From assembly GCA_046744105.1 (NCBI GenBank), contig JBKOXO010000034.1, positions 1 to 43,512 of the forward strand: 43,512 nucleotides of DNA, in the 5' to 3' direction. How positions within the stretch are numbered: position 1 is the first letter of the stretch; the number at the start of each line of letters is the position of its first letter. Below, in pieces: positions 1-10,421 of the stretch. The notes beneath the pieces are model-generated. The model searched no databases and was not told where the DNA came from. It saw nothing but the letters and a program-made list of their open reading frames with translations. The translations under genes and the position numbers were made by a program. The DNA is from Actinomycetota bacterium (GTDB lineage: Bacteria; Actinomycetota; Actinomycetes; Mycobacteriales; Jatrophihabitantaceae).

Positions 1-1188
1 GCACAGCCCGAGCCCGCGCCTGTCCAGGCCGTGCCACCCGCGCAGTCCGCCGAGGCGGCCGATGAGGAGGACGACCTCGCCGGCACCTATGTCACGCCGC
101 TGGTGCGCAAGCTAGCCAGCGAGCACGGGGTCGACCTGAGCGCGATCGCCGGTACCGGCGTGGGTGGGCGCATCCGCAAGTCGGACGTGCTGGCCGCCGC
201 CGAACGCGCCGCTGCCGCCCGGGCGGAGTCTGCGCCTGCAGTCGCGGCGCAGCCGAGCACCGAGCCGGTTGCACCGCCCGCTGCGTACGCCCCCCCGCCC
301 GCTCAGCCGCTGGGTGTCGAGGCCGCACCGTTCGCCACACCGGCCACACCGGCCACACCCGCCACACCGGGCCCAACCGCCGAGCCTGCCGCCCCTGCCG
401 CCCCTGCCGCCCCTGCCGCTCCTGCCGCTCCTGCCGCGACCGCCGCACCCGCGCCGGTCGTCGCGCGCGGCCAGGTCGAGAAGATGAGCCGCCTGCGCCA
501 GACCATCGCCGCCCGGATGGTCGAATCACTGCAGGTCTCCGCGCAGCTCACGACCGTCGTCGAGGTTGACGTCACCAAGATCGCCCGGCTGCGCGAGCGG
601 GCTAAGGCGGGATTCGAGGCGCGCGAGGGCGTCAAGCTGTCATTCCTGCCGTTCTTCGCCGTGGCCACCGTCGAGGCGCTCAAGGCGCACCCGGCGCTCA
701 ACGCCTCGATCGACACCGAGGCGAAGACGATCACCTACCACGACGCCGAGCATTTGGGCATCGCCGTGGACACCGAGCGCGGCCTGCTTGCCCCTGTGAT
801 CCACGACGCGGGCGACCTCAATCTCGCCGGGCTGGCCCGCAAGATCGCTGACCTGGCCGAGCGCACCCGCACGAACAAGATCAGCCCAGACGAGCTGTCC
901 GGCGGCACGTTCACCCTCACCAACACGGGCAGCCGCGGCGCGCTGTTCGACACTCCGATCATCAACCAGCCACAGGTCGGGATCCTCGGCACCGGCGCCG
1001 TGGTGAAACGCCCAGTCGTGATCACCGACCCCGAGCTGGGTGAGACGATCGCGATTCGGTCGATGGTGTACCTCGCCCTGACATATGACCACCGCATCGT
1101 CGACGGGGCGGACGCCGCTCGGTTCTTGGCCACCGTCAAGCGCCGGCTCGAGGCGGGCAACTTCGAGCGAGCCCTCGGTCTGGCCTAA
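1..1188 (+). CDS. sucB: Dihydrolipoamide acyl(succinyl)transferase E2 component, 5'-partial (frame open from nt 1)
   Basis: Peripheral subunit-binding domain ([34 protein letters not shown]), Pro/Ala-rich linker, and a 2-oxoacid dehydrogenase catalytic domain with [14 protein letters not shown]. lipB and lipA lie downstream, as is typical for actinobacteria. Confidence 0.9.
   Translation, partial: AQPEPAPVQAVPPAQSAEAADEEDDLAGTYVTPLVRKLASEHGVDLSAIAGTGVGGRIRKSDVLAAAERAAAARAESAPAVAAQPSTEPVAPPAAYAPPPAQPLGVEAAPFATPATPATPATPGPTAEPAAPAAPAAPAAPAAPAATAAPAPVVARGQVEKMSRLRQTIAARMVESLQVSAQLTTVVEVDVTKIARLRERAKAGFEAREGVKLSFLPFFAVATVEALKAHPALNASIDTEAKTITYHDAEHLGIAVDTERGLLAPVIHDAGDLNLAGLARKIADLAERTRTNKISPDELSGGTFTLTNTGSRGALFDTPIINQPQVGILGTGAVVKRPVVITDPELGETIAIRSMVYLALTYDHRIVDGADAARFLATVKRRLEAGNFERALGLA
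334..444 (+). repeat. In-frame 9-nt tandem repeats encoding the flexible E2 linker (4x gccacaccg = ATP at 334-369; about 6x gcccctgcc/gctcctgcc = APA at 382-444)
   Basis: Direct reading of the nucleotide sequence. The protein shows [12 protein letters not shown] and [18 protein letters not shown]. Confidence 0.85.
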
Positions 1189-1269
1189 AGCCTGCCCCAC
1201 CTGCCGAGTTGTTCGACCGTCGGCGCTGCGGGGCACGCTGGAGGTCGAACAAGATGCGGGGGCCACCTC

Positions 1270-2148
1270 ATGCGGGTGCTGCTGGCGGGTGCGTCGGGGC
1301 TGATCGGCACGGCGCTCGCGGCCTCGCTGCGCCGTGACGGGCACGAGGTCCAGCGACTCGTGCGCCGTGCGCCCGCCGCAGCGGACGAGACTGCGTGGCA
1401 CCCCGAGCGCCGGGAGGCGCCGCCGCTCGACGGCATCGACGCTGTGGTGTGCATGAATGGGGCGCCCATCCCCATCCGGCGACCGACCGCTGCGCTCAAG
1501 CAGCGGTTGCGGGCGAGTCGCATCGACGCGGTCGCCACGCTCGCGGACGCGGTCGCGGCGAGCGAGCACCGTCCGCCGCTCATCGCAGCCTCGGCGGTCG
1601 GCTACTACGGCGATACAGGCGAGGTGAGCGTCGACGAATCGGCGCCCAGCGGAGCAGGCTTCCTGGCCGGCCTGTGCCGGGACTGGGAGGCGGCTACCCA
1701 GACGGCGACGGCCGCCGGAGCCCGGGTCGTGTCACTGCGCAGCGGTGTCGTGCTGGCCCGTGAGGGTGGCTTTGTTGCTCGCTTGCGTCCGTTGGTGTGG
1801 CTGGGCATCGCCGGCCGGCAAGGCAGTGGGCGGCAGTTCGTGCCGTGGGTCTCGCTCGCCGACGAGGTGCGCGCGATCCGGTTCCTGCTCCACGGAGATG
1901 TGAGCGGCCCGGTGAACGTGGCCGGGCCGAATCCGGCGCGCAACGCCGAGCTCGTCGCGACGTTCGCCCGGCTCATGCACCGCCCCGCGGTCATGCCCGT
2001 GCCTTCCGTGGCCCTGCGGCTGCTGCTAGGCGAGTTCGCCGCGGACGTGCTCGGCGGGCAGCGCGCCGTGCCGGCGAGGCTCACCACGGCAGGCTTCGAG
2101 TTCCGGGATACGGATCTCGAACGGACCCTGCGCCCGCTGCTGCGATGA
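1270..2148 (+). CDS. YfcH-like NAD-dependent epimerase/dehydratase family protein (TIGR01777-type, with C-terminal DUF1731-like region)
   Basis: N-terminal Rossmann motif MRVLLAGASGLIGTAL; length of about 290 aa; overall similarity to the YfcH/SDR39U1 family as recalled. Confidence 0.75.
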   Translation: MRVLLAGASGLIGTALAASLRRDGHEVQRLVRRAPAAADETAWHPERREAPPLDGIDAVVCMNGAPIPIRRPTAALKQRLRASRIDAVATLADAVAASEHRPPLIAASAVGYYGDTGEVSVDESAPSGAGFLAGLCRDWEAATQTATAAGARVVSLRSGVVLAREGGFVARLRPLVWLGIAGRQGSGRQFVPWVSLADEVRAIRFLLHGDVSGPVNVAGPNPARNAELVATFARLMHRPAVMPVPSVALRLLLGEFAADVLGGQRAVPARLTTAGFEFRDTDLERTLRPLLR

Positions 2149-2160
2149 GCGCGCCTTGAC

Positions 2161-3687
2161 CTAAACCTTCCGCTGGCTGGCGATGCGGTAACCGTCCGCG
2201 GCGGATACCAGCTCAATGCGCAGCCGGGTCGGTGGTTCGCCGTCGGCGCGGCCCGCCACCGCCGCATGGCAGGAGAGCGTCGAAGGGGCCAGTGTTGCCG
2301 TCACTACCAGGACCAGCTGGCCCCTGCCCGGCGTGAGCTGGAGTGCGGAATAGCGCGTCCGCACGCCGACGAGCCCACAACCGGCGGGCACCGCGCGCAG
2401 CAGCAGGGCAGAGTCCTGCGTGAGCAGCGGGCCGGCCACATAGACGTGGCGCAGCAACGAGGCCTGGCGCCGGGCGAAGGCCTGCTCGCGGATCACGTCC
2501 AGGCCGCGCAGTATGGCGAGGGCTTGGTCCTCCGGACTGGGGCGGTTGGCGGGCGTGGTAGACGTGGCGGGCGGTGGCGTGGGTTGCCGCGGTGGCGTCG
2601 GTCCCTGCGCTGTCGCGTGGTGTCCGATCGAGTGCAGCCCGGCGAGCACGGCAAGCCCGATCAGCGAAGCGGCCGCGATGACGACGATCGGCCAGCGCCG
2701 TCCACGCCTGCGCCGTATGGTGACCGGCGGCTGCAGGGCTGCCCGCACGCCATGGGTGAGCTGCGCTGGATTGGACAGCGGCGTGTCGTCGCCCGGCCGG
2801 GTGAACGCGGGCCGCGCCGGGTCGCCGGCCGTATCGTGCTCGCCGGGGCCCTCGACGGCGGCGGCAAGCGCCCCCGGGCCACCTGCAGCGAGTTCGACCG
2901 GGGCCGGATCGCCGCTGTGCCGCAGCTCGAGCGCGAACTCGGCGGCGCTGCAGCGCAGGTGCGGCTCGACGCTGAGCGCGCGTTCGAGCAGTGCAGCCAT
3001 CGTGGGCGGCAGCGCCGCCAGCCGTGACGTCAGGTCGCCTACATCGCCGGTGGCGGCCCGGGCGATCACGTCCGACGGCGTTACGCCGGTCCACAGGGGA
3101 CTACCAGTGAGCGCATGCAGGGCGACGGCGGCCAGCATGAACACGTCGCTCGGCGCTGCCGGGACGCAGCCGGCCGCGACCGATGGATCCACGTATGCCG
3201 GTGTGCTGCGTACCGGCGCGGCATCACCGACGATGCGTGCCACGCCGAGATCGGCCAGCAGTGGCAGGCCATCCTCGGTGAAGAGCACGTTCGCCGGCGT
3301 CACGTCGCCGTGCACGACTCCCTCGTTGTGCGCATAGGCGAGGGCGGCGCCGATCGGAGCCAGCGCGGTGATCGCCTCGCCGGGCGTGAGCCGCCCGCGC
3401 CGGGACAGGAGCTCGGCCAGCGAGCCACCGCCGGCAAGGTCCAGCACGAGCACCACGGAATCGCCGGCCGGGACGAGATCGTGCAGCCGGATCAGGTGCG
3501 GGTGATCGAGCGTCGAAAGCAGCGCCGCTTCCCCGCGTGCCGCCTGCACCTGCGCAGGGTCACCGACCGGCAGCCGCTTCAGAGCGACCGGTGCCCCGGT
3601 GCTGGTCGCACGCCCACGCCACACCTCACCCGCACCGCCGTAGCCGAGCAGCTCCTCTGCAACGTAGCCCGGCACCTTCCACGTCAT
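2161..3687 (-). CDS. Membrane-anchored Hanks-type Ser/Thr protein kinase with an atypical catalytic loop
   Basis: G-loop LGYGGAGEVW, VALKRL lysine, catalytic loop HGDVTPANVL (nt 3289-3312), DLG, Pro-rich linker, one TM helix (WPIVVIAAASLIGLAVLAGL), extracytoplasmic C-terminal domain. Start chosen at MTWKVPGYV (ATG 3687) rather than the ORF-track start at 3798. Confidence 0.8.
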   Translation of the reverse strand: MTWKVPGYVAEELLGYGGAGEVWRGRATSTGAPVALKRLPVGDPAQVQAARGEAALLSTLDHPHLIRLHDLVPAGDSVVLVLDLAGGGSLAELLSRRGRLTPGEAITALAPIGAALAYAHNEGVVHGDVTPANVLFTEDGLPLLADLGVARIVGDAAPVRSTPAYVDPSVAAGCVPAAPSDVFMLAAVALHALTGSPLWTGVTPSDVIARAATGDVGDLTSRLAALPPTMAALLERALSVEPHLRCSAAEFALELRHSGDPAPVELAAGGPGALAAAVEGPGEHDTAGDPARPAFTRPGDDTPLSNPAQLTHGVRAALQPPVTIRRRRGRRWPIVVIAAASLIGLAVLAGLHSIGHHATAQGPTPPRQPTPPPATSTTPANRPSPEDQALAILRGLDVIREQAFARRQASLLRHVYVAGPLLTQDSALLLRAVPAGCGLVGVRTRYSALQLTPGRGQLVLVVTATLAPSTLSCHAAVAGRADGEPPTRLRIELVSAADGYRIASQRKV

Positions 3688-3754
3688 GTCAGGAACCGTA
3701 GGGAATCCGGCCGCGCCGCGTCGGCCGTTATCCACAGGGCCTACAGTGCCCGGC

Positions 3755-4486
3755 ATGCCCGCAGACCAGCCGACGATCCTCGCGACATCCGGAGGCATGA
3801 CGCCGGGCCGGCGGGTTCGCTGGGAATTCGCGCCGCTGACCGACTACGCCATCGAACTGGCCGGTGTCACCGGTCGCACGCCGCGCATCTGCCTGCTCGC
3901 AACGGCGATGGGCGACAACCCGGCGATCGTCTCGGCGTTCTACGACGCCGCGCTGCAATGGCGCGTCGCGCCGTCGCACGTCGCGCTGCTGCCGATGCCG
4001 AACATCGAGAATCTCCGCGAGCACCTGCTCGGCCAGGACGTGATCTGGGTGTTCGGAGGCAGCGTCGCGGCGCTGCTTGCCCTGTGGCGGCTGCACGGCC
4101 TCGATACGATCCTGCGCGAAGCCTGGCAGGCTGGGGTCGTGCTCACGGGAGTGTCGGCCGGGTCGATCTGCTGGCACGTGGGCGGCACCACCGACTCGTT
4201 CGGCCCCGACCTGCGGGCGGTCACCGACGGGCTCGGGTTTGTTCCGTACTCCAACGGCGTGCACTACGACACGGAGGAGCAGCGCCGGCCGACGTTCCAG
4301 CGGCTCATCGCCGACGGCACGCTGCCCGCCGGGTACGCCACCGACGACGGCGTGGGCATCCTGTACCGCGGCAGCGAGATGGTCGAGGTGCTCACCGAGG
4401 TGGACGGCAAGGCCGCGTACCACGTGGAACGCGGTCCGGACGGCACCGCCGTTGAGAGCCGGTTGGAGCCCCGGCTGGTCAAGTAG
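3755..4486 (+). CDS. Peptidase S51 family protein (peptidase E-like, class I glutamine amidotransferase-like fold)
   Basis: ILATSGG near the N-terminus and nucleophile elbow LTGVSAGSICW. Start placed at MPADQPTILATSGG (ATG 3755). Divergent from the kinase gene. Confidence 0.7.
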   Translation: MPADQPTILATSGGMTPGRRVRWEFAPLTDYAIELAGVTGRTPRICLLATAMGDNPAIVSAFYDAALQWRVAPSHVALLPMPNIENLREHLLGQDVIWVFGGSVAALLALWRLHGLDTILREAWQAGVVLTGVSAGSICWHVGGTTDSFGPDLRAVTDGLGFVPYSNGVHYDTEEQRRPTFQRLIADGTLPAGYATDDGVGILYRGSEMVEVLTEVDGKAAYHVERGPDGTAVESRLEPRLVK

Positions 4487-4495
4487 CCTGGGACC

Positions 4496-5137
4496 GTGGC
4501 GGATCTCGCGATCATCCGGGCCGGACTGGTCCGCTACGAGGACGCGTGGCAGCACCAGCGTGAGCTCCACCAAGCGGTGGTCACCGGCGACGCTCCGGAT
4601 ACAGTGCTGCTGCTCGAACATCCTCCGGTCTTCACCGCGGGCAAGCGCACCGATCCGTCCGAGCGCCCCTTCGACGGCACGCCCGTGATCGACGTCGATC
4701 GCGGCGGCAAGATCACCTGGCACGGTCCGGGGCAGCTCGTCGGCTACCCGATCGTGCGACTACCACGCCCGCTGGATGTTGTCGCCTACGTGCGTGCGAT
4801 GGAACAGATGCTGATCGACGTGTGCGCCAAGCTGGGCGTGGGCGCCACGCGCGTCGGCGGCCGCACCGGCGTGTGGATGCGCGACCCGGACCGCAAGCTG
4901 GCCGCGATCGGGGTCAGGGTACGACGGGTCGTCGCCATGCACGGTTTCGCGCTCAACTGCGACCCGGACCTGTCGTGGTTCGACCGCATCGTGCCGTGCG
5001 GGATCGCCGACGCCGCCGTCACGTCGCTCTCCCGGGAACTCGGCCGTGACGTTACGGTCGCCGAGGTTCTGCCCATCGTCGAGGCACGCCTGCCGGCATT
5101 CGTGGCAGGCCTGACCCGCCAGCGGGTGGCTGCCTGA
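4496..5137 (+). CDS. lipB: Lipoyl(octanoyl) transferase
   Basis: GTG start. Motifs [37 protein letters not shown] and PCGI are typical of LipB. Position between E2 and lipA. Confidence 0.9.
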   Translation: MADLAIIRAGLVRYEDAWQHQRELHQAVVTGDAPDTVLLLEHPPVFTAGKRTDPSERPFDGTPVIDVDRGGKITWHGPGQLVGYPIVRLPRPLDVVAYVRAMEQMLIDVCAKLGVGATRVGGRTGVWMRDPDRKLAAIGVRVRRVVAMHGFALNCDPDLSWFDRIVPCGIADAAVTSLSRELGRDVTVAEVLPIVEARLPAFVAGLTRQRVAA

Positions 5138-5143
5138 GTGCAG

Positions 5144-5178
5144 CCGGCTTGGCGAACCCGACCAGCCCGCCAAGCCCG
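5144..5178 (+). terminator. Stem-loop after lipB (GGCTTGGCG 5146-5154 / CGCCAAGCC 5168-5176, 13-nt loop), no U-tract
   Basis: Inverted repeat read directly from the sequence, 7 nt after the lipB stop. Confidence 0.4.
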
Positions 5179-5356
5179 AGCTGCGCGCTATTGACGATTT
5201 ACGGCCATCCGGTGTTGGCAGCCACTAGGTCACCTCCCGTCATGGACACACCGCAAAGCGTTGCGGCACGATGTGATGTGACACCAATTCCGCCTACGTG
5301 ACCGGTCGCGTGCGAATCGCGGGCTTGCACCTTCGCACATAACGGAGAGGCACTCG

Positions 5357-6670
5357 ATGAGTATCGCCGGGGCTCGCCACGGCGCAAACCGACGTATCAC
5401 GGTCCGCGACTGGACGATGTGGTCGCTGCCCCGTCGAGCACTCCTGTTCATGCTGTCCGTCGATGCTCTCGCCGCCATACTCACGGTCGTAGCTTTGGTC
5501 GCCGCCAGCCCCACGCACAGCGACATCGCGAGGTTGATACTACTGGCCGCCCTCAGCGCGATATACAGCGAAGCTGAGGACCGCACCGATCGATTCCAAA
5601 GGCACCGTACACAGCAGGGACCGTACGTCGACGCGCAGTCGGTTTGGACCTTCGCAGGCGTGCTCCTTCTGCCCGCCGGCTACGCGGCACTGCTGACGGC
5701 CGCCATCTACACGCACGCTACCGTGCGAGCGCGCCGCAAGCGATCGTGGTTTCCGCACCGAGCGATTTTCACCGGCGCAGCCGTAACGCTTGCTACCCTG
5801 ACCGGCAGCGCGCTCTACAGCTCGCTCAGCACGCTGCCGCACATTCCAGGCGGCGCGGCCCAAGCACTCGCGGTCGTGTGCGCACTGATCGGCTACCGCG
5901 TCGTGAACGACCTGACGGTTGCAATCGTCATCTACCTCGCAACGAATCCGCCCCGTCTCAGAGACGTGTTGCTACGCCGTGATCAACAGGTCGTCGAGGT
6001 CGCGACCATGATCCTCGGGGCGTTCACCGCGCAGACCGTGATCCAGATGCCGTGGCTGACACCGGCGGTGCTCGTCCTGATCGTGATGATGTACCGCGGC
6101 CTGTTGGCCAGGAAGCTCGAGGTCGAGGCCACCACCGACGGGAAGACGGGGCTGCTCAACGCGACGGCGTGGCGCGAGCTGGCGCAGCGGCACCTGTGGC
6201 GGGCGATCCGCGAGGACCAGGCGGCCGCCATGCTGGTCATCGACCTGGACCGCTTCAAGGCGCTCAACGACGAGCACGGGCACTTGGCCGGTGACGCCGC
6301 GCTCATCGCGGTCGCCGACTGCATCAAGCACGAGCTGCGCGACTACGACGCGGTGGGGCGTTACGGCGGCGAGGAGTTCGTCGCCATGCTGCCGAACGCC
6401 GGAGCGAACGCCGCGGTGCGCGCCGCCGAGCGCGTCCGGGCACGCATCGAGCAATGCCCTGTCACCACCGAGCCGGACACACCGGCCGTGCACCTCACCG
6501 CGTCGATCGGCGTTGCGACCTATCCGAGCTACGGCACCGAACTCGACGAGTTGCTCCGGGCCGCCGACACGGCGCTGTATGCCGCGAAGGCCGCCGGCCG
6601 CAACGCGGTACGACTCGCCGAGCCCCGGGTGATCCCTGAGTCACAGCAGCCACGACACTCCCCCGCGTAG
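5357..6670 (+). CDS. Membrane-bound diguanylate cyclase (multi-TM N-terminal domain + GGDEF domain)
   Basis: RYGGEEFVAMLP active-site motif, TGLLNATAW, DLDRFKALND, several hydrophobic helices in the N-terminal half. GGAGAGG RBS about 7 nt before ATG 5357. Confidence 0.85.
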   Translation: MSIAGARHGANRRITVRDWTMWSLPRRALLFMLSVDALAAILTVVALVAASPTHSDIARLILLAALSAIYSEAEDRTDRFQRHRTQQGPYVDAQSVWTFAGVLLLPAGYAALLTAAIYTHATVRARRKRSWFPHRAIFTGAAVTLATLTGSALYSSLSTLPHIPGGAAQALAVVCALIGYRVVNDLTVAIVIYLATNPPRLRDVLLRRDQQVVEVATMILGAFTAQTVIQMPWLTPAVLVLIVMMYRGLLARKLEVEATTDGKTGLLNATAWRELAQRHLWRAIREDQAAAMLVIDLDRFKALNDEHGHLAGDAALIAVADCIKHELRDYDAVGRYGGEEFVAMLPNAGANAAVRAAERVRARIEQCPVTTEPDTPAVHLTASIGVATYPSYGTELDELLRAADTALYAAKAAGRNAVRLAEPRVIPESQQPRHSPA

Positions 6671-6679
6671 GCTCGAGGC

Positions 6680-7618
6680 GTGGGAAGCAGCGTGACTGTC
6701 GCACCGCCAGAAGGCCGCCGGCTGCTGCGACTGGAGGCGCGCAACGCGCAGACGCCGATCGAACGCAAGCCGCCGTGGATCAAGACCCGCGCCCGGATGG
6801 GCCCGGAGTACACAGAGTTGCGCACCCTGGTGGCAAATGAGGGGCTGCACACGGTGTGCCAGGAGGCGGGCTGCCCGAACATCTACGAGTGCTGGGAGGA
6901 CCGCGAGGCGACGTTCCTGATCGGCGGGGATCAGTGCACCCGCCGATGTGACTTCTGCCAGATCGACACGGGTAAGCCGGCCGCCCTGGACCGGGACGAG
7001 CCGCGCCGCGTCGCCGAGAGCGTTGCTGCGATGGGGCTGCGCTACGCGACGATCACCGGTGTCGCCCGCGACGACCTGCCTGACGGCGGTGCGTGGCTGT
7101 ACGCGGAGACGGTGCGCCAGATCCACACGCTTAACCCGGGCACCGGGGTGGAGCTGCTCATCCCCGACTTCAACGCCGATCCGGCGCAGCTGGCCGAAGT
7201 GTTCGGCGCCCGGCCGGAGGTGCTGGCACACAACGTCGAGACGGTGCCGCGGATCTTCAAGCGCATCCGCCCCGCGTTCCGTTACCAGCGCTCGCTGGAC
7301 GTCCTGCGCCAGGCACGTGGCGCGGGCCTCGTCACCAAGTCGAACCTGATCCTCGGCATGGGCGAGGAACGTGCCGAGATCAGCCAGGCGTTGCGCGACC
7401 TGTACGAGGCGGGCTGCGAGCTCATCACGATCACCCAGTACCTGCGGCCGTCTCCGCGTCACCATCCGGTTGAGCGGTGGGTCAAGCCCGACGAGTTCGT
7501 CGAGCTGCGCGAGGAGGCGGAGCAGACCGGCTTCGCCGGTGTCATGAGCGGGCCGCTGGTCCGCTCCTCCTACCGCGCCGGCCGGCTCTACCAGCAGGCG
7601 ATCGCGGCCCGCGGCTGA
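6680..7618 (+). CDS. lipA: Lipoyl synthase (radical SAM)
   Basis: Cys clusters [12 protein letters not shown] and [10 protein letters not shown]; PDFNADP; length 312 aa. Confidence 0.95.
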   Translation: MGSSVTVAPPEGRRLLRLEARNAQTPIERKPPWIKTRARMGPEYTELRTLVANEGLHTVCQEAGCPNIYECWEDREATFLIGGDQCTRRCDFCQIDTGKPAALDRDEPRRVAESVAAMGLRYATITGVARDDLPDGGAWLYAETVRQIHTLNPGTGVELLIPDFNADPAQLAEVFGARPEVLAHNVETVPRIFKRIRPAFRYQRSLDVLRQARGAGLVTKSNLILGMGEERAEISQALRDLYEAGCELITITQYLRPSPRHHPVERWVKPDEFVELREEAEQTGFAGVMSGPLVRSSYRAGRLYQQAIAARG

Positions 7619-7660
7619 CTCGCGCAGCACGGGTGGGCGGCCCGCCGATATCCTTGGTGA

Positions 7661-8419
7661 ATGGCCAAACCTGCCGGGTCGGGCAAGCCCGCAAAGCTCA
7701 CGCGTGCCGAGAAGAAGGCCGCGCGCGCCCAGAAGCGCGCCAGCCGTCGCGAGACCTGGCGCAACATGCGGCAGGCGTTCACGCTCACCCGGCAGAACGA
7801 CCCCCGGCTGATCCCGTATCTGATCATCGCCGGGGTGCTGACAGCGGCCGTCGTGTACTTCGTGGTGTCGCTGTTCGCCGGCCCGTACCTCCCCATTCCC
7901 ATAGCGGTGCTCGCCGGCGGCGTGGTCGCGCTGCTCGTGTTCAGTCGCCGGGCCCAGACCTCGATGTACAGCCAGGCTGAGGGAACGCCGGGTGCGGCCG
8001 CCTGGGTGATACAGAACAACCTGCGCGGCGACTGGCGAGCCACGCCTACAGTCGCCGGCACGTCGCAGCTGGACGCGGTGCACCGCCTGGTCGGGCGTCC
8101 CGGCGTGGTACTGGTCGGCGAGGGTGCGCCGCACCGGGTGCGGGGTCTGATCGCGCAGGAGAAGAAGCGGGTCGCCCGGGTGGCCGGCGACACGCCGATC
8201 TACGACGTCATCGTCGGCGCGGACGAGGGCGAGGTGTCGCTCCGTAGGCTCAACAGCCACCTGTTCAAGCTGCCGCGCAACCTGTCCCGCGAGCAGGTCA
8301 ACGCCCTGGACAAGCGATTGCAGGCGCTCGGCGGTGGCAAGCCTCCGCTGCCGGGCGGACCGATGCCCACCGGCGCCAAGATCCGCAACGTGCAGCGCAC
8401 CGTCCGCCGCCGCACGTAA
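7661..8419 (+). CDS. DUF4191 domain-containing membrane protein (Rv2219-like)
   Basis: Lys/Arg-rich N-terminus, two TM helices, conserved actinobacterial position between lipA and glnA. Confidence 0.7.
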   Translation: MAKPAGSGKPAKLTRAEKKAARAQKRASRRETWRNMRQAFTLTRQNDPRLIPYLIIAGVLTAAVVYFVVSLFAGPYLPIPIAVLAGGVVALLVFSRRAQTSMYSQAEGTPGAAAWVIQNNLRGDWRATPTVAGTSQLDAVHRLVGRPGVVLVGEGAPHRVRGLIAQEKKRVARVAGDTPIYDVIVGADEGEVSLRRLNSHLFKLPRNLSREQVNALDKRLQALGGGKPPLPGGPMPTGAKIRNVQRTVRRRT

Positions 8420-8424
8420 GCTCC

Positions 8425-8868
8425 ATGCTTCCGGTGAGGCCCGGCGGGAACGCGCCGCAGCGATACCGGGGCGAGCGCCTCGGGCTGCCCCAGTCCGGTT
8501 CCGGTTCGCTCGCGACATTCGGAGTCCGATTCTGGGCTCTGATCGTCGACTGCATCGCCTCCGCGCTGGTCGCGTCGCTGGTTGTCGCGGGCCGGGGCGG
8601 CGACCTGGCCCACAGGCTGCCCGGCTCGTGGAGCCTGATCCCACTCGCCGTCGATTACGTCGTCGGCCTGCTACTCGGCGGCCAGACGCTCGGGATGCAC
8701 CTGTTCGGCCTCAAGGTGGTACGGGTCGAACGCGCGGGGCGTATTCCGCTGCCGGACATCGTGGTGCGCACGGTGCTGCTCTTCCTTCTCCTGCCGGCTG
8801 TCGTGGTGGACAGGGACGGCCGCGGGCTGCACGATCGATTCACCGGGACGGCCGTCGTCCGCGCATGA
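8425..8868 (+). CDS. RDD family membrane protein
   Basis: FGVRFWALIVDCIASALV plus further TM segments and LHDRFTGTAVV at the C-terminus, typical of the RDD family. Position immediately upstream of glnA. Confidence 0.65.
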   Translation: MLPVRPGGNAPQRYRGERLGLPQSGSGSLATFGVRFWALIVDCIASALVASLVVAGRGGDLAHRLPGSWSLIPLAVDYVVGLLLGGQTLGMHLFGLKVVRVERAGRIPLPDIVVRTVLLFLLLPAVVVDRDGRGLHDRFTGTAVVRA

Positions 8869-8879
8869 CGCACGGTCGC

Positions 8880-8917
8880 GTAACACCGCAGAAACAAGCG
8901 AGATACCGGCCAGCAAC
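8880..8917 (+). promoter_or_regulatory. GlnR box upstream of glnA: GTAAC-n6-GAAAC-n6-GATAC-n6-GCAAC
   Basis: Four 5-nt half-sites with exact 6-nt spacers, read directly, 48-85 nt upstream of the glnA ATG. This matches the published actinobacterial GlnR consensus gTnAc-n6-GaAAc-n6-GtnAC-n6-GAAAC. Confidence 0.65.
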
Positions 8918-8964
8918 CGCTCGTTCGTAGCGTTCACGCCACCCACACCGCACTCGGAGGTCGC

Positions 8965-10389
8965 ATGTTCACCAGTCCAGATGAGGTCCTTGCGTTCATA
9001 AGGGACAACGACGTCAAGTTCGTTGACGTCCGCTTCTGCGATCTGCCAGGCGTCATGCAGCATTTCACCGTGCCGGTCGAGTCGTTCTCGGCCGACACGT
9101 TCACCGAGGGTGTCGCATTCGACGGCTCCTCGATTCGCGGGTTCCAGGAGATCCACGAGTCGGACATGCTGCTGCTGCCCGACGCCAGCACGGCAATCGT
9201 CGACCCGTTCCGCACGGAGAAGACGCTCAACATCAACTTCTTCATCCACGACCCACTTACCCGCGAGCCGTACACCCGCGACCCCCGCAACGTCGCCAAG
9301 AAGGCCGAGGAGTATCTGCGCTCGTCCGGCATCGCCGACACCGCGTATTTCGGGCCCGAGGCCGAGTTCTACATCTTCGACTCGGTGCGCTACGACACCA
9401 CGGCAAATGAGAGCTTCTACCACGTCGACTCGGAGGCCGGCGCCTGGAACACCGGGCGAGACGAGGACGGTCGCAACCTCGGCTACAAGGTGCGGCACAA
9501 GCAGGGATACTTCCCGGTGCCGCCGTACGACCACTTCGCCGACCTGCGCGATGCGATGGTGCGCACCCTGCACAGTGTCGGGTTCACGGTCGAGAAGGCG
9601 CACCACGAGGTGGGCACCGGCGGCCAGGCCGAGATCAACTACAACTTCGACACGCTGTTGCGCGCCGCCGACAAGCTCGTGCTGTACAAGTACATCGTCA
9701 AGAACGTCGCGTGGCAGAACGGCAAAACCGTGACGTTCATGCCGAAGCCACTGTTCCAAGACAATGGCTCGGGTATGCACACGCACCAGTCACTGTGGCT
9801 GGGCGGCGAGCCGTTGTTCTACGACGAGGTCGGCTACGCCGGCCTCAGCGACACCGCCCGTCACTACATCGGCGGACTGCTCACCCACGCACCGTCGCTG
9901 CTCGCGTTCACCAACCCGACGACGAACTCCTATCACCGACTCGTGCCGGGCTACGAAGCGCCGATCAACCTGGTGTACTCGCAGCGCAACCGGTCCGCGT
10001 GCTGCCGCATCCCGATCACCGGCAGCAACGCGAAGGCCAAGCGGCTGGAGTTCCGGGTGCCCGATCCCTCGTGCAACCCGTACCTCGCATTTTCGGCGAT
10101 GATGCTGGCCGGGCTGGACGGCATCAAGAACAAGACGGAGCCACCGACGCCGATCGACAAGGACCTATACGAGCTGCCGCCCGATGAGGCCAAGGCCGTG
10201 GCGCAGGTGCCAGGATCGCTCGACGCCGTCCTCGACGCCCTCGAGGCCGACCACGACTACCTGCTCGAGGGCGGGGTCTTCACCGACGACCTCATCCAGA
10301 CCTGGCTCGAGTACAAGCGGATCAACGAGGTGGACGCCGTACGCCTGCGTCCCCACCCCTACGAGTTCGCGCTCTACTACGACATCTGA
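8965..10389 (+). CDS. glnA: Glutamine synthetase, type I
   Basis: 474 aa, N-terminal beta-grasp ([18 protein letters not shown]), catalytic-domain motifs ([33 protein letters not shown]), GGAGG RBS. Confidence 0.95.
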   Translation: MFTSPDEVLAFIRDNDVKFVDVRFCDLPGVMQHFTVPVESFSADTFTEGVAFDGSSIRGFQEIHESDMLLLPDASTAIVDPFRTEKTLNINFFIHDPLTREPYTRDPRNVAKKAEEYLRSSGIADTAYFGPEAEFYIFDSVRYDTTANESFYHVDSEAGAWNTGRDEDGRNLGYKVRHKQGYFPVPPYDHFADLRDAMVRTLHSVGFTVEKAHHEVGTGGQAEINYNFDTLLRAADKLVLYKYIVKNVAWQNGKTVTFMPKPLFQDNGSGMHTHQSLWLGGEPLFYDEVGYAGLSDTARHYIGGLLTHAPSLLAFTNPTTNSYHRLVPGYEAPINLVYSQRNRSACCRIPITGSNAKAKRLEFRVPDPSCNPYLAFSAMMLAGLDGIKNKTEPPTPIDKDLYELPPDEAKAVAQVPGSLDAVLDALEADHDYLLEGGVFTDDLIQTWLEYKRINEVDAVRLRPHPYEFALYYDI

Positions 10390-10421
10390 TTTCGCGGACT
10401 TCGGCCTCTCTAGCGATCTCT

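Noticed and set aside
334-444. Short regular repeats that could be mistaken for a CRISPR or minisatellite locus.
   Set aside because: The 9-nt units are directly adjacent, have no spacers and are in frame within the E2 gene. They encode the Pro/Ala/Thr linker.
6641-8644. Very long ORFs antisense to or overlapping real genes. Examples: 6641-8644(-) 667 aa, 640-1569(-), 12084-13481(+), 23364-24965(-), 27340-28605(-), 37839-39296(-), 41288-42814(-), 34813-35970(+).
   Set aside because: Their translations are Arg/Pro/Gly/Ala-rich with no recognisable motifs, and each lies opposite or out of frame to a gene with clear family signatures. They are the typical shadow ORFs of high-GC DNA, where stop codons are rare.
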